DNA of 64,000 bases, taken from positions 33,418,001-33,482,000 of the forward strand of contig OZ024752.1 in NCBI GenBank assembly GCA_964016885.1, written 5' to 3'. Within the stretch, counting starts at the first letter, position 1; every line of letters starts with the position of its first letter. Source of the stretch: Eledone cirrhosa (lineage: Eukaryota). Both the position numbers and the translations under genes were made by a program. Below are positions 26,101 to 41,692 of the stretch, in pieces. Below the pieces are notes generated by a model. It searched no databases. It was given only the letters and a program-made list of their open reading frames with translations, and was not told where the DNA came from.

Positions 26101-29100
26101 CCAAGGTACATATTCTTCGGTGGCATGTTCTTGCAACTCTTCAGCCTAAAATTTAAAAAAATAAATAAAAAGGAGGCAATTTTAAAAAATAAAATATATT
26201 TTGATAATTTAAAAGTGGTTAATTTCATTAACGAATTAAATAATAATTAGGATAACTACTTACCTTCTGGACCATATTTGACATGGAAAGATTATTGAAT
26301 ATGAAAAATACTTTATCTTGAAAGGTCTCAGGTGGAATAGCAATTTCTTCTTTCTGTTGTCCAGCAATCAGTGTATCAATGTTGGTGGCATTAGCAATGG
26401 AAGGCTATAAAAGAGTAAAATTTAATTTTATATGATAATATCTTATTTAAAAATCATAATTTTAATGCAAAAATTATTTTTATTACAATATATAATTTGT
26501 GTCAAAACTATTTGTATTTAGTTCACTGTTCAGATGTGAACTTCATAATTTCTAGCTTAGGCAGAATAGAAATTTAGAGAGTAGGCAACAGTGAGTATAT
26601 TGAATCACCACTATTGGTTTATCTGTTTTTCTCCTCGCTTGCATAGGTTGAACAGGTCCTTTTCTGCACAGCATCTCTCCATTCATCGTGTTCCTTCATC
26701 TCCACCGAGTCTCAGCAATTTGAGATCAGCTCTCACCACCACTGCCTTCCTCTACTGCAGCTTCCTACCAGACTATCAAAAGCCTTTTTTTTTTTTTTTT
26801 TTTTTTTTTTTATTATAAAAGCTGTCAGGAAAAAACAACTTACTTTTGGCATGGTCCCAGTTTTACTGATAGCATTTGAATTAATTGGATTTGGAACTGA
26901 TGGTGCAGTTGTGGAAGGAATAGATAATGGCTGTAGGCTCTTTGGAACACTGGGTACACTGGTAACAGGCACTTGTGCAGGAGCAATAGCCATACCTGCT
27001 GCACTAAGATTTGGATTGGTCTGAGAATGAGTTGGTGGTTCTTGTGATGTAGCTCCGTAGTCCACAAACTTTAAAATAAAATGGTAGATTACATTATATT
27101 AAAAATATATAAAAGAAAATTAAAAGAGTAAAATAAATTCAACATGTCAAAAATTTACTATATCTGCTATACTGACAATTACTGGATGGATATGTGCCTG
27201 GTCCTGTAACTCCTGAAGGAGTCTTAAGGACGCTGTATTGACCGTCTTTCTAGGGCATTTTTAATCATGGTGGAACTCATCCCTTTCAAGGTCTGAACTC
27301 AGCAGTTTTCTTTCAGAGAAGATTCTGAGAGAATGGAAGTGAGAAAGTGACAAAAAGGAAGAATCAGCCCCAGTACTAAACTGGTACTTTTTTTTATCAT
27401 CCTGGAATGGATGAAAGCAGAGAATCGAAACAAATATCACAAAGTATTCTATCAGATGTTTTAACAACTCTGCCAATTTGCTGTATCTGCTGATAATTAC
27501 TATAAAATACACCTTCCAGAAAAGAGTGCACCATCCAGTTTCTTTATTATATTAACTATGAAATAAACACTGAAAATATATATTTATTGTTGAGAATTCA
27601 ATATCTTATCTTACAACAAAGTAAATTTCAGTTCCTATAGGTTACATCTAATATTATACCAGATGGTTAAAACAAAAATGGTCACTCAATGGTTAAAAGT
27701 ACTTAAATTAAAAGTTTCAAACTAGTAATACTTTATTACTTGCAGCTGATAACATTAGATTAACATACTGTATATATATTCGTGTAAAGTGAAATTGTTT
27801 TCAACAAAAAATAGTATGTGACCTATTTACAGAATCTACAAAACCTCAATTTAAAACCTTGTGAATACTGTATGTAAAATGGAGGTGTGACTTATCTAGT
27901 AGACCTACAAAACCTCAATTTAAAACATATGCTGCCTTGTAAATATTGTATGTAAAATGGAGGGGTAACCTCTAATTTCTAAACACCTGCACCATCTAAC
28001 AATACAAGCATCCACTCATCATGACAGGTAAATATAAAATTACACAAAATATTAAATTTCTAATTAGATTGGTATTTAATCAATAAATTATGACAATAAT
28101 TTACATCAATTAGATGCTGCGGGAACTGAGAGAAATGAGGTATAGCGGCTACATGCTGACAATATTGGGGATAATCTTTTAATCTGAAAAATACAACAAA
28201 AGAAAAGAAAAAAAACGGAAATTAAGAAAGATACAAATATTACAATAGTAAATTTAAGTCAGAAAATGTTGATTAAACTGAAGTACTGCATATACTTGAA
28301 TATTAAGTTGAGGAATATGTGACCACAAAACAATGATTGGGGGGACCCAACTACACCTCTCAAAGTCAATGACACATGACCGTGACTTCTGGCGTCACGC
28401 AGTAATACAGGGTACCCGACCTCCCATGGGTACATGCTGAAGCATATAAACAATATGCCCCCCCCCCCTCCACCGCAAGGTGGCCGTGGAGGTGCCACGG
28501 CAAAAAAGCACCCAGCCCACACTGTAAAGTGGACGTGTAGGCGCCACGAAAAAGCACCCAGCACTCACTGTAAATGAGGTTGGTGTTAGGAAGGGCATCC
28601 AGCTGTAGAAATCAAGCCAGATCAGTTCCTGTATGAGCAAGGCATGGTCAGCCGACCAGACACTGCCCACAACAGGACAACCCGTCTAACCCATGCTAGC
28701 GTGGAAGAACGGACGTAAAACGGTGATGATGATTGGCTTATATTCAGGGTCAATATTTCGAACATTTTCACCAACTTCAAATTCTATGTAAATAAGGTTT
28801 GGATTTTTGCTTATTTCTCAGGCATAAAATAGTGGGGGCAGCTTTTTATTCAAGTATATACTGGATGTAAATTAAATTTAAATTACAGAAAGAGGAAAAT
28901 ATTTCAGAAACAAATAGAAATTATGAAATGCATATAGTCACTCATTAATCAATCATCAGAAGAAGGGAGGTACATGTAAAAGCCAAACTCGCTATCTTCA
29001 ACTCGGTGTTTGTGTCAACCCTTACCTATGATCATAAATCTTGGGTAATGACAAATTCATTCAATCGAAAATACAAATAGCTGAAATGGGGTTCTTACAA

Positions 29101-32100
29101 AGGGTCTTTAGAGAAACAGTACTTGATAGAGTGCATAGATCAGCGATTAGAGAGTCGTTACTTCTCCAAATTAAGAGAACACAGCTCTGATATTACGGAC
29201 ATGTGGTTAGCAAGTCTAAGGAAAAAATTGCTGGATAGATTTCATAGGCAAAACTAACCAACAGGAGACCCAGGGGTAGGCACTGAGCAAAATAATTGGA
29301 TAACATCCATGAACTCGGCTGGTCTTGCTTGGGAATCCAGCTGGATCAATTAGACACAGTTGCTTCTGACTGGACCTGCTAGGAATGTCCGAGGACCACT
29401 CTACCCTTACGACCCTCCCAAGAATAAATGGGCGAAGAAGAAGAAAAAGAAAAAGCTATAGCCACTTACCGTGTTTTAAACTTGTCTAATGCTGCAATCC
29501 CAAAAAAATACATTTTACTCCCGTGTTGTTTTCTCAGTGCTTCCAAGACGTATCGTAACGCTATTCCAAGGGACATATAGCTGAAAAGATTATAAGTTAC
29601 AAATCCTCAATAATTTCAAGACAGCAGCTACTAAACAATGCATTATTAACCCTTTAGCATTTAAACCAGCCATATGCGGCCAGAATTCTCTCACCTTTTT
29701 CTGTTTAAACCGGCTGGTCATACTGATGTTAATGTATTGATCTCAAAATAAATAATATCAAAATCTCATAGATTCGATATTATGTGAGATAAAGTGTTTA
29801 CCATGAAAATATAATAAATATAGAGTAATGTAAATGCTAAAGGGTTAAATGAAAGAAATAAGCTGTACAAATAAACGTTCTTCAACTTACGTGACTAATC
29901 CTTGATCAATAATCCCCCCAAAGAGGACGGCGGTAATATGAAGTTCCCTTTCTGGATATTGGGGGAAAAAGCAATATTCTTCAAATAGATTTCGTAACAT
30001 ACATTGACACACTTCCTACAAAAGAAAAAAAAAAAAAAAAAAAAGATATATTCTGAAAAACTGACTTCCCAACATATATAGTGAACTTCCGTTATAACGA
30101 AATTCATGGGGTATAAAGAAAAAATTTGTTGTAATTAAAAAATTCTTTATAATGAGATCGACCGAAACAAATCAAGCATTTGTTTATTACCTCGAGGATT
30201 GAAAAAAATTTCATTATACTGAAATATTTGTTATAATGGTATTCGTTATAACGGAATTTTACCTGTATAGATGTATACACATCAAGTAAATCTACCACAT
30301 TATATTTCTACAAACAGGAAATAAAAAAAAAAAAAAAGGTGGGGCAACCAGAATGTGTAGTATTACTGGAAATATCTAAACATGTACAAGCAATGCGACA
30401 TAATGAGTAAATGTAGATGAGACCAGAAGCTACTGTGTTGGCAATCGGAGACAATATAGGGCTTGAGAGGACTCTCCTGTCTGGATAAGTGGAGAGAATG
30501 ATGGAGAAGGCCAGCAATTACCCAGTGCATTACTGGTACTTTATTTCATCGACCCCATAAGGATGAAAGGCAAAGTTAACCTCGGCGGGATTTGAACTCA
30601 GAATGGCAAGGGCCGTAAATCTATGCATGGCGTCCGACCCTCTACCTGGTTTCTGATTGAGACACAAGGCCAACAATTTTTGGGTGAGGGGAGGATAGTC
30701 AATTAAATCGACCCTAGTGCATTACTGGTACTTTATTTTATCAACCTCATAAGGATGAAAGGCAAAGCTAACCATGGCAGGATTTGAACTCAGGACATAA
30801 AGAGAACTACGCTGCAAAGTATACTGTCCGACACTCTGCCGATACTGCCAATCCACCGCCACAATAATGATTTCTACTATAGGCACAAGGCCAGCAATTT
30901 GGGGGAGGGGATCAATTAAGTCGACCCCGGTGCATTACTGGTACTTTATTTTATCGACCCTGTAAGGTCGGCTGTTCATAATAAAAATAAACATCTTATA
31001 GAAATACTTTACCCTCTCTCTCTTATTTTGAGAATCCTTGAATCTTTTTAACATTTCAAGCACTTCATCAATTGACAACGCTTGATGTGGTGGTTGATTG
31101 TAAATCTTCTGGAAATAAGAATTTGCTTCATCTTCTACATCTTTACTGAATTGCTGATTACTCTCAGGAAATATATTTACTTCACCTGGTTAGAACAAAA
31201 AAAAACAAAAAAAAAAAACATCTTAACAAGCAGAAAGACTAGCACAAAATATATTAAAGAAAAGGCAAACAGGTAATTCAACCCTTATGATACCAATATA
31301 GTGGAGGAGTGTGGCCGAGTGGTAAAGGTGTTAGACATACGATCATGTCATGGGTTTGATTCGTGGACTGGGTTGTGTGTTGTGTTCTTGAGCAAAACAC
31401 TTCATTTCACATTGCTCCAGTATACTCAGTTGAAAATGAACACCAATAGCTGAGGGGTTTGACCTTGTGATGGACTGGCATCTTGTCCAGTAAAAAGTCT
31501 TGTACTGTCAGTCACTTAACACCACAGAAACCGAAATAAGTTCCAACCTAATAAGCTTCCAGGCTCACGAGAGACAGACTTTTAGATACCAGCCAAGCCA
31601 AACCAGTTCTGGTTCTATGAAACAAAATCACCCATCTAACATAATTTTATATTTAAAAGCCTTTTGTTCTGTAACATACTATATTAATGATGAGATAATT
31701 AACAATTGTAATAAATCCCTCCAAATTCTTCATTAATTAATTAATTAATGGAGGCATATGGCTTAGTGGTTAGAGCATTGGCCTTGCAATCGAAAGGTTG
31801 TGAGTTTAATTCTCAGACCAGGTGATGTGTTGTTTCCTTGAGCAAGACACTTTATTTCACATTGCTCCAGTTTACTCAGCTGTTGAAATGAGATGATAGG
31901 GATGATAGGGGTCCATATCATTCCACTGCAAAGTGGTCGTGGAGGTGCCACATCAAAAAAAGCACCCAGCACTCACTGTAAATGAGGTTGGTGTTAGGAA
32001 GGGCATCCAGCTGTAGAAATCAAGCCAGAATCAGTTCCCGTCCCACCCTTGCAAGCAGGGAAAAGCGGACGTAAAATGAAATGATGATGATGATGAAATA

Positions 32101-35100
32101 CAGTGAATGTCGTAAGAAATATGGTAACAACAAATTAAAGAGTAAAATATAGAGAAAATGTCACCATACCCATAAACATTTTGTTATCCAGATTTGATGG
32201 TTGCTGTTTCAAAGTTGCTTGTGCACCCAAGGATCCAAGAGAATAGACTGCATTTCTGCTGGTCATCAATGGAGCTGTGATTGGAGCTTGTAAATTTAAA
32301 TCTGGAACAAAATATCAAACAAATGTCACAAGATTAAGATTAAATCCACCAAATTAAAAAGATGTGGTAATAATTGTTTAGAAGAGTCGGTGGTAAGATT
32401 TGTTTAGAAATAAAGCTAACAAATTAATTTGCCGATGGTAATTTTTTTATACAAGTATAATAAAATAAATAAAATATACTAAAAACTAATATGTGAAAGA
32501 ATCTATCCACATAAAAAAAAAACCGACATTAATACTGAAATAAACATTTTACAATACAAAATAAAGATTAACCCTTTAGCATTTATATTACTTTATATAT
32601 ACTATTACATTTTCCTGATAAACACTTTATTTCATATAATTATCTTACATATCGAATCTACGAGATTTTGATATTTATTTTGAGAACAATAGCTTAATAC
32701 AAAGTATGAGCAGCTGGTTATAGCTAGTTAGAACAGAAAGAGGTGAGAGAATTCTGGCCAGATACAGCCAGTTTAAATGCTAAAAGGTTAAATTATTTTT
32801 AGTACTAAAAACAAAACATTCACATTTCAACAAGATTTGGGAATGTTTAAAACCATCTTAATATTCTAGTCTTAACCTTCACCCTACCATATCCCCAACC
32901 AACCAAAAATACCAACTTTAAAGATTAAAAAAAATAATAATCAAGAAATAAGATTGAAACATGATAAAAATGAAAGCAGAATAACTTACTTTGTAATTGT
33001 GTAGATAAATTCTGAATAGATCCATAGCCAGTTTGGACTTGATTTATTCCTGGAAATCCTTTAGCAGGAGAACCAGGTGCGCCGGCAGCTGCTGCTGCTG
33101 CAGAACTTAGAGTAGCCAAACTTTGGGGGAACGTTGCTGCCGGGGTACCCATATCCAAAGCATTCATGTTAGTAAGGGGAGTCATCTAGAAAAGAAAGCA
33201 TGTAAACTGAAGTTAACGTATATACTCGAATGTATGTTTACATTATGCTTAGATGGAGATTTGAAATGCTCAGGAGTGGAGAATATATTTACAAAGTTTT
33301 GATATTTTGAAATTTAAAATGTTTTAAGTGCTGTTTAGGGTACAGCTTTTGTTTCACAACTCAATCTTTTTTCACCAATTTCTGACTGTTTTGAAGGCCA
33401 TATTCATTCAAAGCAAAAACAAATTCCACATCCAAAGTGAAACCAGTGCAATATTCACTTCCAAAGTGAAACCAGTGCAATATTCACCTCCAAAGTGAAA
33501 CCAGTGCAATATTCACCTCCAAAGTGAAACCAGTGCAATATTCACCTCCAAAGTGAAACCAGTGCAATATTCACCTCCAAAGTGAAACCAGTGCAATATT
33601 CACCTCCAAAGTGAAACCAGTGCAATATTCACCTCCAAAGTGAAACCAGTGCAATATTCACCTCCAAAGTGAAATCAGTGCAATATTCACCTCCAAAGTG
33701 AAACCAGTGCAATATTCACTTCCAAAGTGAAACCAGTGCAATATTCACCTCCAAAGTGAAACCAGTGCAATATTCACCTCCAAAGTGAAACCAGTGCAAT
33801 ATTCACCTGCAAAGTGAAACCAGTGCAATATTCACCTCCAAAGTGAAACCAATGCAATATTCACTACCTCAGTGAAACCGGTGCAATATTCACTGCCTAA
33901 GTGAAACCGGTGCAATATTTTAGCACCTCATTTATAAATCAAATCACTCCTAGACAATAAACACCAATAAGCACCATTACTATGGTTACATCATATTCAA
34001 GTTTTCTAAAATATCACTTGTAAAACAGCCAGTCCTCTACAATATTTGAACAGAAGTGAAGGATAAACCAAATCTGTTTAAAGCCAACTTACATTCACAA
34101 TAACAGAGTTTGGTTGAGCTGGATTAATAGCAGATTGGTTAAGTTTGGCTCCAACAGCTCCAGGAGGCATTTGCCGTGATTTGTTCATTATTTGGTTAGC
34201 GTTAGACGCTATATTTAAGATGGCCTCAGATAAATCATGTGAAGTGGTTTGACTGTAAAGTAAATTTAAATTAAGCTTTTTCAAAACATAAAAAATTTAT
34301 ATATCAGCAATTTATAATTTATACTATTTCAGTGAAACAGGAATTCTTATGAAACTGATCCACAAAGATTCCTTTAACTGAAAATTTAAAAATATTAAGT
34401 GTGCCAAAATTTAAAAATATTTAAAAATATTAAGTGTGCCAAAATTTAAAAATATTAAGTGTGCCACACACAATACATTTTTTGTTGTAGCAGTTCTACC
34501 TACAATACATCAAATATTCTAGTGTATGTATGTATGTATGTGTGTATGTATGTATGTATATACACATACATACATATATTACAAGTTTTATTCAAGTGTC
34601 CTGACCTAAAAATGGCAGCTGGTAGAGAAATGGCTTCATTCAATCTACTGAAATATTTCATAAGCAATTTATAATATTTGTACATCTATTTTATTGATTG
34701 CATCTGTGTGAATCTCAGGCATTAGAATAGATACACCTTATCCCTACACATTTTCAAGTTGAAAATTATGGAAATTTGTAGTATTATAGTAAAAAATTCA
34801 ATTTTTAATATGATGCTGTTTTATACTTTTCAAGAATATCTTGCTAATGAAGTTTTTTATGTGGTACAGGATGTTAAGAGATAAAACAGTAGTTAACCCA
34901 AGTTAGCTTACTTTGCATAGTTCTGTAAACAGGCTAACATAGTTGTCACAGTTTCTGTTGGCAGTCTATTTTTTGTTTGATGCTCTTCTTTTACTGCACC
35001 ACTTGTCACAGCTGGGAAACGGCGTTTCAGAAAGTTTACACAAGCTTGAACAAATGGTTCCTACAAAATAAAAAGAGAAGAGGATTTTAAACACACAGCA

Positions 35101-35474
35101 GCAAATCATTTTGTTAGCTTTTCTTTTTTCCTGCATAAAGTGGGATAAAGCTTTCCCCTTCCTGACACCAACCACAGCCATTTTTCAACTATGCTATATA
35201 TATACTGCTAACATTCTTCAAAAACCATTATGCTACAGGGCATATATTTTATGGGAGAACAATATAACCACTGACGTTTTGTCCTGTTGGTGTTATGACA
35301 AAAAAAAGCCAGCCTACACTGTAACGTAGTCATTTTGGATAAAAAGCCCCCAGTCCACACCGTAAATGTGGTTGGTATTAGGAAAGGCATCCAGAAAGAG
35401 TTTTCTATGAACAAGAGACTGTCATCTGATCTGACTTGTCTCACAACAAAATCTGTTTAACTCATGCTAGCGTG

Positions 35475-35509
<35 letters not shown>

Positions 35510-38500
35510 ACGTTAAACAATGATATTTCTTTTCTAAATAATGTTGATATGGTGCTTTGCAGTGAATGGCATATACACACATAACTGGCTTAGTTCCTAT
35601 CTACCAAATTTCTTCACATGGCATTGGTAGTTTCTTGTCCAGGGTGTCAAACAGAGGGCCTAAGCCCAAAACCACATGGTTGTGAAGAGAGCTCCTTAAC
35701 CAAACAGCGACACCAGCACTTTAGGGTAGTTTACTTACATGTACACACACATATATATAAGAGTTTCTACTTTTGGCACAAGGCCAGAGATTACTGGTAC
35801 TGTATTTTATCGACCCCCGTAAGGATGAAAGGCAAAGTTAACCTCGGTGGATTTGAACTCAGAACGCAAAGGGCCATAACTATGCTGCAAAGGATGGTGT
35901 CTGACACTCTACCGATACTGCCAAACCACTGCCTATATTATATATATAAGAATCAGATAAAAAGTTTTTTAAAGTTTTTATTTACAATCTTTTAACATTA
36001 GAAATGTTAATACTCACTCTATGTTCTCTGATTTTGTCGGAGAGCCATTTATCAAGCTTTAGATATTCCCGACGAGAAGCTAGACATGCCAGGTCAATTA
36101 CGAATGGAAATGGTGTTGCATTCAACAGCATGGACAGAGCCTACAATTAATAAGAACATTTATATCAATTTCTGAATATGGAGTTAGTTAAAGAATTTAT
36201 ATAAAACATGTAATAATGTATTTAAAAAGGGGGGAAGTCACAATGAGAAGCAGTGAGATTATCTAGAAGAGATTAACAAGGAGAAGACACATTTCAGATA
36301 GCAAAAAATCATAATCCCATATTACTAGATATGACAATGTATATTCAAATCATTCAAAGAGATAAAGCAGTAGTCCATAACATGTGGTTGTAAAACTCTG
36401 AGGGACTTCACATAGACAGCGTGTCAGATAGACAAACCTTTCAAAAGCCAGGCGGAGGAGGGACAGTTCACATAAATAGTGTGTCAGATATACAAACTTT
36501 TCAAAGTCGGGGAGGGAGGGCATCAGGTGTAGAATATACAAACCTTTTAAAAGACTGGTTGGGGGTAGGGTCAGATAGACAAACCTTTCAAAAGCCTGGG
36601 TGCATTTTAACAAAAAAAGAAGTCATTGGTAGTGAAAAGGTTGGAAACCACTAAGACATAGCTTGAAAGCTAATTTCAATCATAATTTTTGAAAATTGTG
36701 TATATCTGTATATCTTTGTCACACCGTCTGCTGGTCTTGGTAGCCAGAAAGTGTCCAAACCAACACCTTAATGTTATCCATTCAAGGGGTGACAGGTTGT
36801 ATTTCCATGTTCTATGTTTACATCATAAAAATGCTGGTGACCTTGATTTAAGCTTACCTTAAGATCTTGAGCAACATCTAATATTCTGGCAAGTCTAATT
36901 TGATCTTGACAATCACTCCTCATATACCAATCAGCCATAGAGTGCATTATTAATGTGCGAATGTTAGTGGAGAGATTCTGAAACAAAGAGAATATTCAAG
37001 AATTTTTTTAAGAACCAAGATCAAAGAATCAAGTGACTAAATTTCCACAATTTGGTTCAATGGATTAGCAAATTTCTTCGACCTCTGTCATAATAGCTAT
37101 CTCAATGAATTAGATTCCCTTAACCATTTAGCATTTACATTACTCTATATTTACTATTGTATTTTCAAGGTATTTTTACTATTGTATTTTCTACGAGATT
37201 TTGATATTTATTTTAAGAATGGTACCTTAATGTCAGTATGAGCAGCCGGTTACAACCAGTTTGAACAGAAAATGGTGAGAAGATTCTGGCCAGATACGCA
37301 CGGTTTAAATGCTAAAAGGTCAAACATTTCTTTTTAATGAAATGTGTGGGGAAAAAGGGCAATAGTCATCATTTAACATCCACTTTCTTTGCTAACAAGG
37401 GTTGAATAGGTCTACATAGACCAAGTCAGTACTGAAGTACAGCCACTGACCTCCCTGACAAACCAAGGTGTCTGTATCCCGCTTTTATATAGTCGTATCA
37501 AGAACAGGGGAGAAATTGAGTCTTTTGACACAAACTGAAGGGTCCTCCCAACCCCTTAGTATACATTCAAATGTTCATTCTCCTGCTAACAAATAGCATC
37601 TGCTTTGATCTCTAGATCCTATTGCAATGGCTGATATCAATGATACAATCAATATTTAATTTTCTTCCCCTAAATTCAGGTCAAGTTCCTCCTAAGTTTA
37701 ATCTAGCTGTGTGTGCTTTTATTGAAATGTAGTAAAAGAGGTGGAGTTAATATATTTATTAACATTTTGTAAAGGGAATATTGCCAAATCACACAATACT
37801 GATATTTATTTCAACAATTTGAGAGGGATGAAAGTTGACTTTAAAAATTTACAGGATTTCAACTTAAAACAAATTAGATACCATCAAATAATTAGTTTAC
37901 AATAACTATTGTGGTGATTGCTTCGTTAAGTAATTAATAAACCACAAATAATTGATAACCTAATTTTGTCCCCACAGTTGTAACTGTTGATACACTGCTG
38001 ATAAACTGTTGTAACACTGACCATACACTTAGAGAAAAGGACCAGACACCACAAAATACCATTTTATCTCTACTATAAACCTAATACATCAAACCTTAGT
38101 ATAAAGAGGTCCTAAATATTGAAACAGACGTTTGAATACTTACAGTGTAATGCCAAGCATAATTTAAGACAATAGCTGAGTTTGGATGGTTATTTAGGAA
38201 AATTGGAATCAGACTGGATAGGAGTTCTTGTTTCAAGATATTCCACGTGAGCTGAAATATAAATAGAAATTTAGTATATAAAATCTTGCTGCAGATGTTT
38301 TATAATCAATTCAATCAAATCGTACATCTAACATAAGTTACATTGTGGCTAAGATGACAATGAAGGTGCGAATACAAGAGAGATGAACTTACATCAATTT
38401 GGAGCAATGCTAAAGTCAACATATCTGGACAGTTTTGGACAGGAAATTTGAACAGATCTGTTACAAATGGGTAATGACCAAGATCTGACAGTCTAAGCAA

Positions 38501-41495
38501 GGCTTGGACAAGGTCTTTAGATTTCCTGCAATATAAAATATATTTACAAATAAATATCAATATAATTGTTAGCCTACATGAACATGACAGCAAAAGTGAA
38601 ATGAAAGTAAAACTAGGTCTAACACTAGTAGTCTACTAGAGAGAAGACTGTATTATAGACATGTGAGGGTTACGGAAGATGTTACTGTACATAAACGAAA
38701 AAGAAAACTAGGTATAAGAGGACCCCAATGTAGTGTGCTAAAGAGAAGACTTGTTATGTACATATGAAGCTTATAGAGAATGTTACTGTACATGAATATA
38801 TTATCCAACTAGGTTGATAAAATATTGGCTATAAGAACTTTATTTATGAAAAGGTAAAGAATTATACAAACCATGTGAGAATTTCTTTGTTATCTTCATC
38901 AGGAGCAGCTTTAAGTACATCTGTTATCACTGGCTCATATGGATAATCAGCTAAGCAGAATATATCTGGATTTTTTAACGCATGGGTTAGAAAAGACAAC
39001 TGAAAAATACCAAAAAACAGATAGAGCATAAATATAATGGGAAAAAAAATTAAATGAAAATTAACAGCTGAACATTAAAATTATACTGAACATTTAAAAC
39101 AACAAACTGTGTAGAAGTACATCATATGTTTGTAGGTGTTTACAAAGTCTTTTGCGATACTTGTTCTATATCAAGTTAGACCAGTTCTCAGATACCTAGG
39201 CCACCCCCTTCCCTAACATGGCAATCCTAAATTACTTAAAAATCAATATCCCAGATTGTTTCACTACATAGTTAAGACAATATTGCTAGTGTAAAATGGC
39301 TTAAAAAATATAAACTTAAACCAAGCATACAAAATCTAACAATTACCCCAAGTGACTGAAATTTCCAATAAGTTTTAATGTGCAGAACAATATCTACTTA
39401 ATGTGCAGAACAATATCTACCTAAACTCAAAATGTGTTAAAAGACAAATCTTAATTATTTTTTATGTATTTCAACAATAAAGTTTTACTTTTAGAAACAT
39501 TTAAAAAATTATCACTTACATTTGAAAAGTTAAATTGAAATCCAATATATGTAAAAGTAATTAGAATTATATATATATATTAGATAACTAATTAAAATTT
39601 AACAATTAGTTCGCTTAGATAAATAAATCACATTACCTGTCCTTCAGAATTATTCCAGGGTTTGTAAATATGTTTCACTGGAAAAGTTTCATTAGTTAAA
39701 GCTTTCACAAGGCCTTGAATAAGTATTTTCAAACCCTTTTTATTTTGTATAGAAAAATTTGCATAATCCAGTTCTGCAACGACCTCGGTCCATTGTAATT
39801 TTGGAACCTAGAGTAGATAAAAACAAACAACTATTAAATTTTGAAATATTCAAAAATTGGTTTTGTAAACATTTGAAAATAGAAAACCAAAGTGATTAAC
39901 TCTTTTGATAGCAACCCATTACCTCAACTATGATACAAAACCTGTGTTTTAAAGTGTTCATATTCAACCCTTTAGCATTCACATTGCTCTATATTAACTA
40001 TTGTATTTTTGTGGTAAAGTCTTTACCTTAACTATCTCACAGAATATGGAATCTACAAGACCTTGATATTAATTTTGAGAACAATTCCTTATCAGTATGA
40101 GTGGCTAGTTACAGCTAGTTAGAACAGAAAGAGGTGAGAGAATTTTGGCTGAATATGGCTGGTTTAAATGCTAAAGGGTTAAACTAAAACCTTTGAAATT
40201 ATGTTCAAAACACCACCTTTATCATAAAAAGTTGTATTAAATTCCTCATTTTTGATTATTTTCAAAATTAATTAAAACAGTTTTCTTTTATTTTTAAAAT
40301 GAAGTCATAAAAGGATTAAATTACAAAATATTTAGCAAACTTTAACAAATGATAAAACCAATTTTTTTTTTTAAATTATCAAACATATCTTACCAACTCC
40401 TGAACAATTTGAACAAATATATCCACATTCCAAGTTGTCACTCCAGGTGTGTCTTTTTCTTTATCACTGTTCCAATTTGAATTCTGAAAATGTAAGTTAA
40501 ATTTATACATCAGACATTCTAATTTATCCCTTCAGAAATTAAACTCTAAAACAGGACAACATAGAGTAGAGATAACAGCTCAGATACTATGGTCATGTGG
40601 TTAGAATGTCTTAGGAGAGAATCGATGAACAAATTTTACAGGCGAAACCAACAGGTAGGAGACCCAGAGCAAGATGGTTACGTAACATCGACGAGCTTAG
40701 CTGGTCATGCTTGGGGATCCAGCCGGATCAGTTGGAGACAGTTGCTGGAAGAAGTGTTTGAGGACTCTGCCCCCCCAAGACCCTCTCAGGAATGAGTGAA
40801 CACTCGGCCTGCTACAAATAGCAGCTGAACCTCCCGCAAAACACACCAGACTATCTTAGAAAGAGGAAGACAGGAACAATTGACGAGATCTCAGACCTCA
40901 TTTGATTACCGAGTGGAGTAGAACTTGTCAAATAGGACCAAGGAAAGGAAACAATGTTTCCATTGGTCCTTCCATTGCTGATACTATATACCGATCACAA
41001 CTCCTGGCAGAAAGAGCAATGTGAAATAAAGTGTCTTGCTCAAGGACATAACATATCACCCAGTCCGATTCTCTAACCACTGAGCCATGTGCCTATCTTA
41101 GAAAAGTAGGACCATATTGGACTATCCATGCTACCGTGGAAAAAGAACGTTAAACGTTGATGATACAAACAAGATGCGATATGTCTACTTGATCAGAACT
41201 CACGGTGCTGAACAATAACTTCATTTAACGCCCGTTTTTCCATGAAAAAAATCCGTCCATCATATTAATTCTTTTGTTTGATATTCCATAAAAGTACCTA
41301 TTTTAAACTAAATAATGATGAACAAAGAAATTTACCTGGTCAATTTGACCACATGGATTTTTGGCCATCATCCCCATTACTTTGGCAACAGATGATGGCG
41401 TTAACTCTTTTGGACCAAACTGTAAGAGTGTATTTCGACATTCTTCCACACTAATGAAAAACAAAAAGAGAAAATACAAATTAAATCAAGAAAAA

Positions 41496-41546
<51 letters not shown>

Positions 41547-41656
41547 GTTTCTACTTTAGGCACAAGGCCAGCAATTACCCAGTGCATTACTGGTACTTTA
41601 TTTTATCGACCCCGTAAGGATGAAAGGCAAAGTCAACCTCGGCGGGATTTGAACTC

Positions 41657-41692
<36 letters not shown>

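Noticed and set aside
31750-31830. tRNA gene
   Set aside because: A/B boxes continue into a CORE domain and LINE-like tail and occur in several copies, so this is a SINE head.
33433-33920. Functional role for the 29-bp array (contains GTGAA/TTCAC)
   Set aside because: Homogeneous simple VNTR with no further evidence.
40484-41335. Missing microexon between exons 8 and 9 (protein about 9 aa shorter than recalled human here)
   Set aside because: Phases already match, the region is a variable loop, and no convincing AG-exon-GT was seen.
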